Positions 1 through 10,569 of a stretch of 64,000 nucleotides of DNA are shown one piece after another. The number at the start of each line of letters is the position of its first letter. The stretch's first letter is position 1. The position numbers were made by a program, and so were the translations under genes. The DNA lies in contig CAVWIP010000015.1 of assembly GCA_963755125.1 (NCBI GenBank), forward strand, positions 343,133 to 407,132, read 5' to 3'. This DNA comes from an uncultured delta proteobacterium. Lineage in GTDB: Bacteria > Myxococcota_A > Polyangia > Fen-1088. The notes under the pieces are model-generated. The model was not told where the DNA came from, did no database searches, and was given only the letters and a program-made list of their open reading frames with translations.

Positions 1-1252
<1,252 letters not shown>

Positions 1253-1256
<4 letters not shown>

Positions 1257-1963
1257 GCGCGGGCGCGATTCCGGCGCGCGAGCGTGTGATCGTCGCACTG
1301 GACGTGCCTGACCTGAAAGCGGCGGGCGATTTTCTCGACCGGCTGGAGAGCCAGCCGGTCTTCTACAAAGTCGGTCTGGAGCTGTTCGTGGCCGAGGGCG
1401 CGCGGGCCATCGAGGCGGTGCGCAGGCGCGGAGGCAAGGTCTTTCTCGACCTCAAGCTGCACGACATCCCGGAAACCGTGGCGCGCGCGGTGTCCTCGGC
1501 CATGGCCCTGGGCGCCGAGTTGCTGACCCTGCACACCGCCGGTGGCCTGGCCATGATGAAGCACGCGGCTCAGGCGGCGCAAGGGCGGGCCAAGCTGCTG
1601 GGCGTGACCGTGTTGACCAGCCTGGCCGAGGATGATCTCCGCGCCGATGGCATTGGCGGCAGCATGCGCGAGGCCGTGGTACGACGGGCGAGGCTGGCTA
1701 GCCAGGCCGGGATCGCAGGCGTAGTGTGCTCGCCGCAGGAAGTGGCGGACGTGCGCCAGGCGTGTCCGTCGCTATTGCTGGTGGTGCCTGGAGTACGGCC
1801 GGCTGGCGCTGATGTCGGCGACCAGAAGCGCGTGGCCACGCCGGCCTCGGCCATCGCCGCCGGCGCGGACTATCTGGTCGTGGGCCGGCCCATTCGCGAC
1901 GCCGCGAGCCCGGCAGCGGCCTTTGCCGGCATCGTTGCCGAGATCGCAGCAGCCGGGAAGTAG
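1253..1963 (+). CDS. pyrF: Orotidine 5'-phosphate decarboxylase
   Basis: GTG start overlaps the proS stop (GTGA). Motifs VIVALD, YKVGLEL, FLDLKLHDIPETV, VTVLTS, PGVRP, DQKRVATP, VVGRPI. Confidence 0.96.
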
Positions 1964-1967
1964 GCGC

Positions 1968-2726
1968 GTGGCAGAGGAACGAGCGTCGCGCGTCGTGTTC
2001 GGTGTACGGCCGGTCGAGGAGCTGTGCCGGGCGCGGCCGCGCGAGGTTGCCGTGGTTTACCTTGCCGAGGGGCACCGCTCGCACGAGATCGACGTGGCCG
2101 TGGCCGCGGCCAAGGATCGTGGCATTGCCGTCGAGATCCGGCCGCGCGCCCTGGTGGCCGGCTTGGCTGGCGCGCCGGCTCATCAGGGCATGGTGGCGAT
2201 TGTCGGCGAATATCGCTACGCCCTCATCGCGGACATGCTGGCCGCGGCGCAGGCGGCGTCCGAGGCGCCGCTGCTCTTGCTGCTCGACTGCATCACCGAT
2301 CCGCAGAATTTCGGCGCGCTGGTGCGCAGCGCGGAGGTGCTGGGCGCACATGGCGTGGTCATCCCCGACAAGCACGCGGCGCCGGTGACCGGATCGGTGG
2401 TCAAGGCCTCGGCTGGTGCGAGCGAACGCATGCGCATCGCGCGGGTTCACAACTTGCTCGGGACGATCGACTGGCTCGGATCGCAGGGCGTGCGCGTGTG
2501 GGGCGCGGCCGCCGAGCGGGGCGTGCCCTTGGCCCAGGCGGAACTGGTCGGCCCCACGGGTTTGGTGGTGGGCGCCGAGGGCCGCGGCCTGCGTGAGGCC
2601 GTGGCGCGTCGCTGCGCGGGGGTCGTGCAGATTCCCCAGCGCGGGCAGGTCTCCTCGCTCAATGCCTCGGCCGCCGGGGCGATCCTGCTCTACGAGGCCA
2701 TGCGCCAGCGTGGCGCACACCCGTAG
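1968..2726 (+). CDS. rlmB: 23S rRNA 2'-O-methyltransferase, TrmH/SpoU family (RlmB-like)
   Basis: Motifs HQGMVA, LDCITDPQNFGALVRSA, KASAGA, GAEGRGL, IPQRGQVSSLNAS. GTG at 1968 follows the pyrF stop. Confidence 0.92.
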   Translation: MAEERASRVVFGVRPVEELCRARPREVAVVYLAEGHRSHEIDVAVAAAKDRGIAVEIRPRALVAGLAGAPAHQGMVAIVGEYRYALIADMLAAAQAASEAPLLLLLDCITDPQNFGALVRSAEVLGAHGVVIPDKHAAPVTGSVVKASAGASERMRIARVHNLLGTIDWLGSQGVRVWGAAAERGVPLAQAELVGPTGLVVGAEGRGLREAVARRCAGVVQIPQRGQVSSLNASAAGAILLYEAMRQRGAHP

Positions 2727-2795
2727 CGGCCCCCACAACGGATTTGGCACGAGCGCCGGGTCTGCTACATTTCCTTGCTCGGAGGTCAACTGCAT

Positions 2796-3881
2796 ATGTC
2801 GTCACGCATTCCCGTCGCTGTCGTTGGCGCCACTGGGCTGGCAGGCCAGGAGTTCCTGGTTTCGCTGGCCGGGCATCCCATGCTCCAGGTCGTGAAGGTC
2901 GCGGCGTCCAGTCGCTCGGCCGGCAAGACCATGGCCAATGCGGTCAAGGACGACAAGGGTGCCTCGCGCTGGTTCTGCACAGAGCCGCTTCCCGACGAGA
3001 TGGCCGGGCTCAAGGTCGAGGATTCGGCCACCATGACAACCGACGGTGTGCGTCTGGTGTTTTCCGCTGTGGAGGCGGACGTGGCGCGCGAACTGGAGCC
3101 CAAGTGCGCGGCCACCGTGCCCGTGATCTCGACTGCCAGCGCGTTTCGCTACGAGCCGGACGTGCCGATCTTTCTTCCCGGAGTGAACTGGGATCACGCT
3201 GGTCTCATCGACGTCCAGCGCAAGAAGCGCGGATGGAAGGGGTTCATCACCCCTGGCCCGAATTGCACCACCGTGGGCCTGGCCATGACCCTGCGTCCGC
3301 TGGACATCGCGTTCGGCATCGAGCGCGTGATCATGACCTCGATGCAGGCGCTCTCGGGCGCGGGCCGCTCACCTGGCGTCACCGCCATGGACATTCTCGA
3401 CAACATCATTCCCTACATCCCCAAGGAAGAAGAGAAGGTCGAGAAGGAGACCACCAAGATCCTGGGCAAGCTGGTCGGGGACGCCATCGTGCCGGCGCCG
3501 CTGGCCGTGTCCTGCACCTGCACCCGAGTGAACGTGCTGGAAGGCCACACCGAGTCGGTCTTCGTCCAGTTGAAGCGTCCCACCCATCTCGACGACGTGA
3601 AGGCCGCGTGGCGCGAGTTCGGCGCCGACCTGGCGGGCCTGGGTCTGCCCTCGGCGCCCAAACACCTCATCGCGATCCGCGAGGATCCCTATCGCCCGCA
3701 GGTGCGGCTGGACCGCGACGAGGCAGGCGGCATGGCCACCGTGGTGGGTCGCCTGCGCGAGGATTCCGCCCTGCCCAACGGCATCAAGTACATCCTGGTT
3801 TCGCACAATACCCGCATGGGCGCGGCCAAGGGCGCCATCCTGGTGGGTGAGTACCTGATCGAGAAGGGATACATTTCGTAG
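2796..3881 (+). CDS. asd: Aspartate-semialdehyde dehydrogenase (archaeal/fungal-type subfamily)
   Basis: Motifs VVGATGLAGQ, AASSRSAGK, catalytic PNCTT, MQALSGAG, NIIPYIPKEEEKVEKETTKILG, SHNTRMGAAKGA. GGAGG RBS upstream. Confidence 0.93.
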   Translation: MSSRIPVAVVGATGLAGQEFLVSLAGHPMLQVVKVAASSRSAGKTMANAVKDDKGASRWFCTEPLPDEMAGLKVEDSATMTTDGVRLVFSAVEADVARELEPKCAATVPVISTASAFRYEPDVPIFLPGVNWDHAGLIDVQRKKRGWKGFITPGPNCTTVGLAMTLRPLDIAFGIERVIMTSMQALSGAGRSPGVTAMDILDNIIPYIPKEEEKVEKETTKILGKLVGDAIVPAPLAVSCTCTRVNVLEGHTESVFVQLKRPTHLDDVKAAWREFGADLAGLGLPSAPKHLIAIREDPYRPQVRLDRDEAGGMATVVGRLREDSALPNGIKYILVSHNTRMGAAKGAILVGEYLIEKGYIS

Positions 3882-3893
3882 GTGAAGTCGCCG

Positions 3894-5069
3894 CTACAAC
3901 GTTGCGTGCTTCTCCTGAATCGTCGCCGCCAGCTTATCGACGGCCTGCAGGTCGGCCTCGGTGGGAAGGCCCTTGATCTCGACTGGATCGAGAAACTCGA
4001 CCTTGAGATTGCCGAGCAAGCCCTTGAGGGTCTCCACGGTCTTGCCGCCCCAACCCAGCGAGCCGATGACCGTGGCGAAACGTGCCTTGGGCCGTAGCAT
4101 GTTGGCCACGTAGGCGGCGGACGCAGCGGCCGGGTGCGGCCCGGCCAGCACCGTGGACGTACCGATCACCACGGTCGCCGCATCCACCAGGGCCATGGCC
4201 ATGTGCCCGAGATCCATCGTGGGCAGGTTGATGCGTGTGACGCCCACGCCTCGGGCGATCAACCCATCCACCAGCCGGTCGACCATGATCTTGGTGCTGC
4301 CGTGCATGGACACATAGGCTACCACGGCTTGATTCTTGGGCGGCTCCGCGATCCAGTCCTTGTGCGCGTCCAGGATGAACTGCGGTCGGCGATACACCGG
4401 GCCGTGACTGGGCGCGATCATGTCCACGCCCAGGGATTCGATCTTCGCGATGTAGCCGGGCAGGCGCGCACGGAACGGCATCATGATCTCGGCGTAGTAG
4501 CGCTTGGCGGCCGGGTAGGCTTGCGCTTCGTCGTCGGCGAAAAGGTCGCTGGTCGCGCGGTGGGCGCCGAGAAAATCACAGGTGAAGAGGATCTTGTCTT
4601 CGCGCAGATGGGTGAACATGGTCTCCGGCCAGTGCACCCAGGGCGCAAAGATGAACTGCAGGGCGCGCCCGCCCAAATCCAACGTGTCGCCGTCCTTGAT
4701 CAGGGTGACGGCCTCGGCCGGCAGGTGGACGTGCATCTTGAGCAGGTCGGCGCACTTCTGGTTGGTCACCACCTTGGCCTCGGGGAAGCGAGCCAGCACT
4801 GCCGGCAAGCTGCCTGAATGGTCTTGCTCGGCGTGCTGCGCGACCACGTAGTCGAGCTTGCTCACGCCCGCGGCAGCCAGGTTGGCGAACAACTCGTCGG
4901 CAAAGACGCGGTCGACCGTGTCGAGCAGAACCACCTTGTCGCGGCCCTTGACCAGATAGGCGTTGTAGCTGGTGCCGTCGGGAAGCGGAATGAGGTCGTC
5001 GAACAGCGGCTTGTCCCAGTCGAGGACGCCCACCGCATGAACACCGGGCTTCAGGGTTCGCGCTGCCAT
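3894..5069 (-). CDS. fprA: Flavodiiron protein (FprA, A-type flavoprotein; O2/NO reductase)
   Basis: Metallo-beta-lactamase diiron motifs GTSYNAYL, HAEQDHSGS, PWVHWPET, TCDFLGAH, PSHGP; C-terminal flavodoxin YVSMHGST and GSLGWGG. AAGGAG RBS. Confidence 0.93.
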   Translation of the reverse strand: MAARTLKPGVHAVGVLDWDKPLFDDLIPLPDGTSYNAYLVKGRDKVVLLDTVDRVFADELFANLAAAGVSKLDYVVAQHAEQDHSGSLPAVLARFPEAKVVTNQKCADLLKMHVHLPAEAVTLIKDGDTLDLGGRALQFIFAPWVHWPETMFTHLREDKILFTCDFLGAHRATSDLFADDEAQAYPAAKRYYAEIMMPFRARLPGYIAKIESLGVDMIAPSHGPVYRRPQFILDAHKDWIAEPPKNQAVVAYVSMHGSTKIMVDRLVDGLIARGVGVTRINLPTMDLGHMAMALVDAATVVIGTSTVLAGPHPAAASAAYVANMLRPKARFATVIGSLGWGGKTVETLKGLLGNLKVEFLDPVEIKGLPTEADLQAVDKLAATIQEKHATL

Positions 5070-5089
5070 GGCTGTGTCTCCTTTTCGCG

Positions 5090-5263
5090 CTAGGCGGGGG
5101 AAAAGTTGTCCTTGCCCAAGCCGCAGGTCGGACACACCCAGTCCTCGGGCAGATCCTCGAACGGCGTGCCCGGCTTGATGCCGCCGTCCGGATCGCCCAC
5201 GGCCGGATCGTATTCGTAGCCGCAGGCGTCGCACACGTACTTTTTCAATTTGTTGTCAGCCAT
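5090..5263 (-). CDS. Rubredoxin
   Basis: [12 protein letters not shown]...[18 protein letters not shown]; immediately upstream of fprA. Confidence 0.96.
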   Translation of the reverse strand: MADNKLKKYVCDACGYEYDPAVGDPDGGIKPGTPFEDLPEDWVCPTCGLGKDNFSPA

Positions 5264-5329
5264 AGCCGCCAAGGACTAGCGTTCTTTGCGCCAGGTTTCA
5301 ACGCCCGTCAATCTCGCCGCGCCTGCACG

Positions 5330-5358
5330 TTGACAGAGGGGCAGGGCAGGGCAAGGAT
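5330..5358 (+). promoter_or_regulatory. Possible sigma-70 promoter of the AmmeMemoRadiSam operon
   Basis: TTGACA (5330-5335), 17-nt spacer, AAGGAT (5353-5358), ending 22 nt before ATG 5381. The -10 match is imperfect. Confidence 0.4.
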
Positions 5359-5380
5359 TGTGGACTGTGAGGACTCCGCG

Positions 5381-7027
5381 ATGAAGTGTGTGGCCTTTCT
5401 GATGACCTTTCTCGTCGGCGGTTGCGCCGGCTGCCTGAAGAAATTGGAGACGCGGCCCGCCGCACCCGCGCCCGCATCGCAACCGGCTGTCGCCGCCTCG
5501 GCTCCTGCCCCGGCGTCGGACGCAACCCACCACATCCGGCGCGCGCAGATGGCCGGTTCCTGGTACTCGGAGAACAAGGACCAACTGGCGGCCGAGGTGG
5601 ACGGGCTGTTTGCCGAGGCCAAGCCGCCCAAGATCGACGGCAAGATCATCGCGCTCATATCGCCGCACGCGGGCTATCGCTTCTCGGGCAAGGCCGCGGC
5701 GGCGAACTACCTGCTGCTGCGCGGTCAGGATGTCCGCCGGGTGGTGCTGCTGGCCATCTCGCACCACTATCCGCTGCGCGGCGCCTCGATTCCCGACGTG
5801 ACCGATTTCGAGACGCCGCTCGGCCTGGTGCCAGTGGATGGCAAGGCCGTGGCTCGGCTGCGGCGCAGCCCGGTGGTGAGCAGCGTGATGCGCGCGGAAG
5901 AGGGCGAACATTCCTTGGAGATCCAGCTTCCCCTGCTCCAGCGCGCCCTGCCCAAGTTCGCTCTGGTTCCCATCCTGGTGGGCCACATGAGCGATCGGGA
6001 CTATGTGGATCTGGCCGCGGCTTTGGCCGAGATCGTGGACAGCCACACCGTCGTGGTGGCCTCCAGCGACTTCACCCACCGGGGCGCGAATTACGGATAC
6101 GAGATCCCCGACGGCCCCGGCGATCTGCAGGCCCGCCTGGCGCGGCTCGATCAAGGGTCCATCGATCAGATCACCAAGCTGAGTCGGCCCGGCCTGCTCG
6201 CCTACGCCGAGAAAACGGGCACCACCATCTGCGGTCTGCACCCCATTGCTTTGCTGCTGGAACTGCTGGGCCGTTTTCCGGGCAGCAAGCCCCACGTCGT
6301 GAGTCACTACACGTCAGGCGACGTCACTTCCGACTGGTCCAGCAGCGTGACATATATAGGTATGGCATTCACGGGCAAGTGGCGCGAGGAGTCGAAGCTC
6401 GATGAGGCACGCGAGGCTGGCGAGAGCGCGTTCCCGCTCGCGGACGACGACAAGCGCACCCTGCTGCGCCTGGCACGTTTGTCGCTCGAGGCGTCGGTGC
6501 GCAAGGGGCGCTTCGATCCCAATGGCATCGCCTCCATTCCCGTGACGCCGTCGCTGGAGCGCAAGGCCGGCGCGTTCGTCACATTGAAGTGCAAGGGCGG
6601 CTCCGACGGCACATGCACGGGGAAGGGCGATGAGCTGCGCGGCTGCATCGGCACCCTGGAGCCAAGCTCGTCGGTGTACGACGTGGTGGCCCGTCGCGCG
6701 GCCAGCGCCGCCCTGGAGGACACGCGCTTTCCCCACTCGGTCACCGTCGAGGAACTGCCTTTCATCACGGTCGAAGTTTCAGTGCTCACGCCCCCGCGGC
6801 CGGTGAAGAGCGCCGACGAGATCGTGATCGGTCGCCACGGCATGATCCTATCAGTGGGATGGAATCGCGCCACCTTCTTGCCGCAGGTGGCGCCGGAGCA
6901 GGGTTGGGATCGCGAAACCACCCTGCGCCACCTGGCCCAGAAGGCCGGGCTGCCCGCCGACGCGTGGAAGAAGGCCGAGTATCAAGTGTACGAGGCGATC
7001 GTCTTTTCGGAAGGGGAATTCAAGTAG
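5381..7027 (+). CDS. amrB: AmmeMemoRadiSam protein B (MEMO1) - protein A (AMMECR1) fusion with a probable lipoprotein signal
   Basis: MEMO1 motifs AGSWY, SPHAGYRFSG, EHSLEIQLP, ASSDFTH, TICG. AMMECR1 motifs GAFVTL...LRGCIG, DTRF, EVSVLTPP, GRHG, ATFLPQVA. N-terminus MKCVAFLMTFLVGGCAGC followed by an Ala/Pro linker. Confidence 0.93.
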   Translation: MKCVAFLMTFLVGGCAGCLKKLETRPAAPAPASQPAVAASAPAPASDATHHIRRAQMAGSWYSENKDQLAAEVDGLFAEAKPPKIDGKIIALISPHAGYRFSGKAAAANYLLLRGQDVRRVVLLAISHHYPLRGASIPDVTDFETPLGLVPVDGKAVARLRRSPVVSSVMRAEEGEHSLEIQLPLLQRALPKFALVPILVGHMSDRDYVDLAAALAEIVDSHTVVVASSDFTHRGANYGYEIPDGPGDLQARLARLDQGSIDQITKLSRPGLLAYAEKTGTTICGLHPIALLLELLGRFPGSKPHVVSHYTSGDVTSDWSSSVTYIGMAFTGKWREESKLDEAREAGESAFPLADDDKRTLLRLARLSLEASVRKGRFDPNGIASIPVTPSLERKAGAFVTLKCKGGSDGTCTGKGDELRGCIGTLEPSSSVYDVVARRAASAALEDTRFPHSVTVEELPFITVEVSVLTPPRPVKSADEIVIGRHGMILSVGWNRATFLPQVAPEQGWDRETTLRHLAQKAGLPADAWKKAEYQVYEAIVFSEGEFK

Positions 7028-7081
7028 AACGTCACGATCTTTGCCCCGGCGTCTCCCGGTTTTGCAGGCTATGCTTTTGCT

Positions 7082-8140
7082 GTGTCTGGGGAACGAATCG
7101 ACGCTGACCGTCGACAATTTCTGCTCACCATGGGCTCGCTGGCAGCGGTGGCTACCGGGTGCAGTTCGTCTTGTGGCAGCATGCGGCCAGCGGAGAATTC
7201 ACCCAGCAGCGCGCCGGCCAGCGCGACTGCCGCGAATCAACCGGCGCCGCCGTTAAATCCGCGCGTGGTGGTGGTGCGAGCCAAGCAGCCCCTGACTCAC
7301 GGCTACGATGCCGACCGAGGCGCTATGCGCGCCATGCTGGGCGCAGGTCTTGCGGCTTTGGCGGGCACGCGGGATGCTGTGGCCGGATTGCGCCGGTACT
7401 TCCGGCCGGGTGAGACAGTGGGCTTGAAGATCAATGGACTGGCCGGCCGCAATGCGGCCACCCATGTGGAATTGGTCGACGAGTTATCGGCGTTGTTGCA
7501 GCAAATGGACATTGGCGGCCATCAGCAAGTCGCCTTTGATCGTTTCGCCTCTGACCTGACCGCGTCGGGCTTCAAGCTCAATGAGCGCGGTGACAGCTAC
7601 CGCTGCACTGGCAACGAAGCACTTGGCTACGAGGAGGAGCCGACTGTCATGCCGTCGTCGGCTTCCCGGCTGGCGCGCGTGCTCACCGAACGCGTGGATA
7701 CGGTCCTGAATCTGCCCGTGCTCAAACAACACATGCTGTCGGGAATGTCGGGCGCGCTGAAGAACCAATTCGGCTGCATTCACAATCCCAACAAGATGCA
7801 CCTCGATAAGTGCGACCCCTACATTGCCGAGGTCAATGCCTTGCCCGCGATCCGAAAGAAGCAGCGCCTGATTGTAATGGACGCGCTTCGCCCTGTGGTT
7901 GACAACGGCCCCAGCTACCAGCCGGGCATGGCCGAGGTAGCCAATGCTTTGCTGTTCGCGGTCGATCCCGTGGCAATCGACGTCGTGGGATTGGAGCTGC
8001 TGGAGGACTTGCGCCGCAAGCGCGGCCTGCCAGCGCTCGACAAGGTCGATCTGGCGCCGACCCACATTCAAACCAGCGCCAAGCTGGGCCTGGGCGTGGG
8101 TGATCGCGCAGCCATCGACGTGGTGTCAATCGAGGTCTGA
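7082..8140 (+). CDS. DUF362-domain protein with a twin-arginine (Tat) lipoprotein signal
   Basis: N-terminus DRRQFLLTMGSLAAVATGC. DUF362-like VGLKIN, THVELV, NLPVLKQH, SGALKNQFG, NGP, AVDPVAID. Confidence 0.8.
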   Translation: MSGERIDADRRQFLLTMGSLAAVATGCSSSCGSMRPAENSPSSAPASATAANQPAPPLNPRVVVVRAKQPLTHGYDADRGAMRAMLGAGLAALAGTRDAVAGLRRYFRPGETVGLKINGLAGRNAATHVELVDELSALLQQMDIGGHQQVAFDRFASDLTASGFKLNERGDSYRCTGNEALGYEEEPTVMPSSASRLARVLTERVDTVLNLPVLKQHMLSGMSGALKNQFGCIHNPNKMHLDKCDPYIAEVNALPAIRKKQRLIVMDALRPVVDNGPSYQPGMAEVANALLFAVDPVAIDVVGLELLEDLRRKRGLPALDKVDLAPTHIQTSAKLGLGVGDRAAIDVVSIEV

Positions 8141-8142
8141 TC

Positions 8143-9276
8143 ATGAACTTCTCTCGTCGGGATTTCGTTCGGGGTTGCGCCGGTTCGGGCTGTGCATTGG
8201 CGGTGGGAGGGTCGTTGGGTGGTTTGGCCTTCTTGCGTTCACGGCCGGCACGCGCGGGCGAGACGCCGCGGCCGCACCCGGCGCGCTTCTGGAAGAAGCT
8301 GGACAACAAGCGGGTGCAATGCCAGCTCTGCCCCAAGCAATGCCTGGTCGAGGATCGAGAGCGCGGCTTCTGCGGCGTGCGCGAAAACCGCGGCGGCGAG
8401 TACCTGACCCTGGTGTGGGGCCAGCCCTGTGCCGTGCACGTGGATCCGATCGAGAAGAAGCCACTCTTTCATTTCCTGCCCGGCAGCCGCGCCTTTTCGC
8501 TCGCCACCGCGGGCTGCAACCTGGAATGCAAGTGTTGCCAGAACTGGGACATCTCGCAGTCGCGTCCCGAGGAGGTGGACTGGCACTGGATGCCGCCCGA
8601 GGAAGTCGCGCGGCGGGCGCAGGCGGAAGGCGCCTGCGTGACCTTCACCTATTCCGAGCCCATCGTGTTTCTCGAATACTGCATCGACACCGCGGTCGCG
8701 GCCCAAAAGCTGGGCGTGCGCACCACCATGGTCACGGGCGGTTCGGGCGAAGTGGAACCGATGAAAGAGGCGTGCAAGGTCCTCGACGCGGTGAAGATCG
8801 ATCTCAAGGGCTTCACCGAGGACTACTACCGCAAGCTGTGCAAGGGGAAACTCGCGCCGGTGTTGAAGACCATCGAGACGGTGCACGAAAGCGGGGTCTG
8901 GCTGGAACTGGTGCACCTGTGTATTCCGGGCGCCAACGACAGCGAGCCCGAGATCCGCGACATGTGCCGCTGGGTGAAGGCCCATCTTGGCGTGGACGTG
9001 CCCGTGCACTTCACGCGCTTTTCACCGCAGTACCAGATGAAGAACGAGCCGCCCACGCCCTTCGAGACGCTGATCCGCTGTCGTGACATCGCTCTGGGCG
9101 AGGGACTGCACTACGTCTACACCGGCAACGTGCCCGGCATCGAGGGCGAGCACACCTACTGCTCGCGCTGTCACAACGTGGTGGTGGCTCGCCACGGCTT
9201 TCACGTGCAGTCGGTCAACCTGAAGTCCGGACACTGCGCCTTCTGTGGCCAATCCATTCCTGGCATCTGGAGTTGA
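8143..9276 (+). CDS. amrS: AmmeMemoRadiSam radical SAM enzyme with a Tat signal peptide
   Basis: N-terminus MNFSRRDFVRG...PARA. Motifs CQLCPKQC...GFCGVREN, DPIEKKPLFHFLPG, GCNLECKCCQNWDISQ (CxxxCxxC), TYSEP, IDLKGF, HFTRFSPQY, YVYTGNV, CSRC...CAFC. Confidence 0.94.
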   Translation: MNFSRRDFVRGCAGSGCALAVGGSLGGLAFLRSRPARAGETPRPHPARFWKKLDNKRVQCQLCPKQCLVEDRERGFCGVRENRGGEYLTLVWGQPCAVHVDPIEKKPLFHFLPGSRAFSLATAGCNLECKCCQNWDISQSRPEEVDWHWMPPEEVARRAQAEGACVTFTYSEPIVFLEYCIDTAVAAQKLGVRTTMVTGGSGEVEPMKEACKVLDAVKIDLKGFTEDYYRKLCKGKLAPVLKTIETVHESGVWLELVHLCIPGANDSEPEIRDMCRWVKAHLGVDVPVHFTRFSPQYQMKNEPPTPFETLIRCRDIALGEGLHYVYTGNVPGIEGEHTYCSRCHNVVVARHGFHVQSVNLKSGHCAFCGQSIPGIWS

Positions 9277-9280
9277 ACGG

Positions 9281-10042
9281 TTGGCCTGGCGCGGTTCGAA
9301 GCCGCTTTGCCTAGGCGGCGTGGTTTGCCTGTGGATGGCGGGCGTCGTCGTGGCCAGCAGCGCTTGTAGCGCGAAAGACGCCAAGGTGCATCGCTTGCCC
9401 AGCAAGGTCGATCCGGCGGCGCTGCACGCACGCTTCGGCGACGCGCTCTATTCACAGGATGACGAGGAGACGCTGATCCGCGCCTTCTTCGACGATCGCC
9501 GCGATGGCGTGTTTTTCGACGTGGGCGCCGGCGATCCGGTGAAGAACAGCACCACGTACTATTTGGAAAAGCACCTGGGTTGGCGCGGGATCGCCGTGGA
9601 TGCGCTGGCCGAATACGCCGCCGACTACGCTCGATTGCGGCCGGCCACGCGCTTCCTTTCCTATTTCGTCGGCGACAAGAGCGGCGGTGCGCGCGATTTC
9701 TATGTCAGTCAGGAAAAGGACTTCTCGTCGGGAACTGGCGACGATCCGCGCGGCGGGAACTACCAGAAGCGGCAGGTGTCCACCATCACGCTGGATGACT
9801 TGCTCGCGCGCGAAGGCGTCGCGCATGTCGACTTCCTGTCGCTCGACATCGAAGGCGCCGAGCCGGCTGCTCTGGCCGGGTTCTCGATCGGCCGCTATCA
9901 GCCCGCTTTGGCTTGCGTCGAGATTCACTCGGCCGAGCACGGCCGCGCCATCAGCGAGTACTTCACTCTGCACGGCTATCGCGAGATCACCGCCTATCGA
10001 TCGATGGACCCGATCAATCGCTACTTCGCACCGGCGCCCTAG
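9281..10042 (+). CDS. FkbM-family SAM-dependent methyltransferase with a possible lipoprotein signal
   Basis: Motifs YSQDDEE, FFDVGAGDP, STTYYLEKHLGWRGIAVDA, TITLDDLL, VDFLSLDIEGAE. Start uncertain (TTG 9281 or ATG 9335). Hydrophobic N-terminus ends VASSA-C. Confidence 0.85.
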   Translation: MAWRGSKPLCLGGVVCLWMAGVVVASSACSAKDAKVHRLPSKVDPAALHARFGDALYSQDDEETLIRAFFDDRRDGVFFDVGAGDPVKNSTTYYLEKHLGWRGIAVDALAEYAADYARLRPATRFLSYFVGDKSGGARDFYVSQEKDFSSGTGDDPRGGNYQKRQVSTITLDDLLAREGVAHVDFLSLDIEGAEPAALAGFSIGRYQPALACVEIHSAEHGRAISEYFTLHGYREITAYRSMDPINRYFAPAP

Positions 10043-10052
10043 GAAGCCCATC

Positions 10053-10562
10053 ATGTCGAACGTCACTTTCGTCCGCGCCACGCCCAGCGACATTCCTGTT
10101 CTGCAAGCGCTGGCGCGCGAGATCTGGCGTGCCCACTTTCCCGGGATCATTTCCATCGAGCAAATCGAGTACATGCTCGACCGCATGTACTCGGCGGAGG
10201 CGATCGACGAGGAGATGCGCGCTGGCACCCGTTGGGAACTGATCCGCGAGGGCGTCGAAGCCGTCGGCTTTCTCTCCTATTCGCACGTGCCGGAGACCGC
10301 GCTGGTCAAGCTGCACAAACTCTACCTTCGGCTGGACCGGCACGGGCGGGGATTGGGCCGGGCCAGCCTGAGCCACGTGATGGACGTCGCCGCGGCTCTG
10401 GGGGCGCGCGAGGTGTCGCTGTACGTGAACAAGAATAACCTGAAGGCGATTCGCGTTTACGGGCGTGTGGGATTCACCATCGCCGAGTCCGTGACCAGCG
10501 ACATTGGCGCCGGTTTCGTGATGGACGACTATCGAATGACGGTACCCTGCGCGCGAAGGTAG
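10053..10562 (+). CDS. GNAT-family N-acetyltransferase
   Basis: IISIEQIEYML, LHKLYL...HGRGLG, LYVNKNNLKAIRVYGRVGF, DIGAGFVMDDY. Confidence 0.9.
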   Translation: MSNVTFVRATPSDIPVLQALAREIWRAHFPGIISIEQIEYMLDRMYSAEAIDEEMRAGTRWELIREGVEAVGFLSYSHVPETALVKLHKLYLRLDRHGRGLGRASLSHVMDVAAALGAREVSLYVNKNNLKAIRVYGRVGFTIAESVTSDIGAGFVMDDYRMTVPCARR

Positions 10563-10569
10563 GCGCGCT

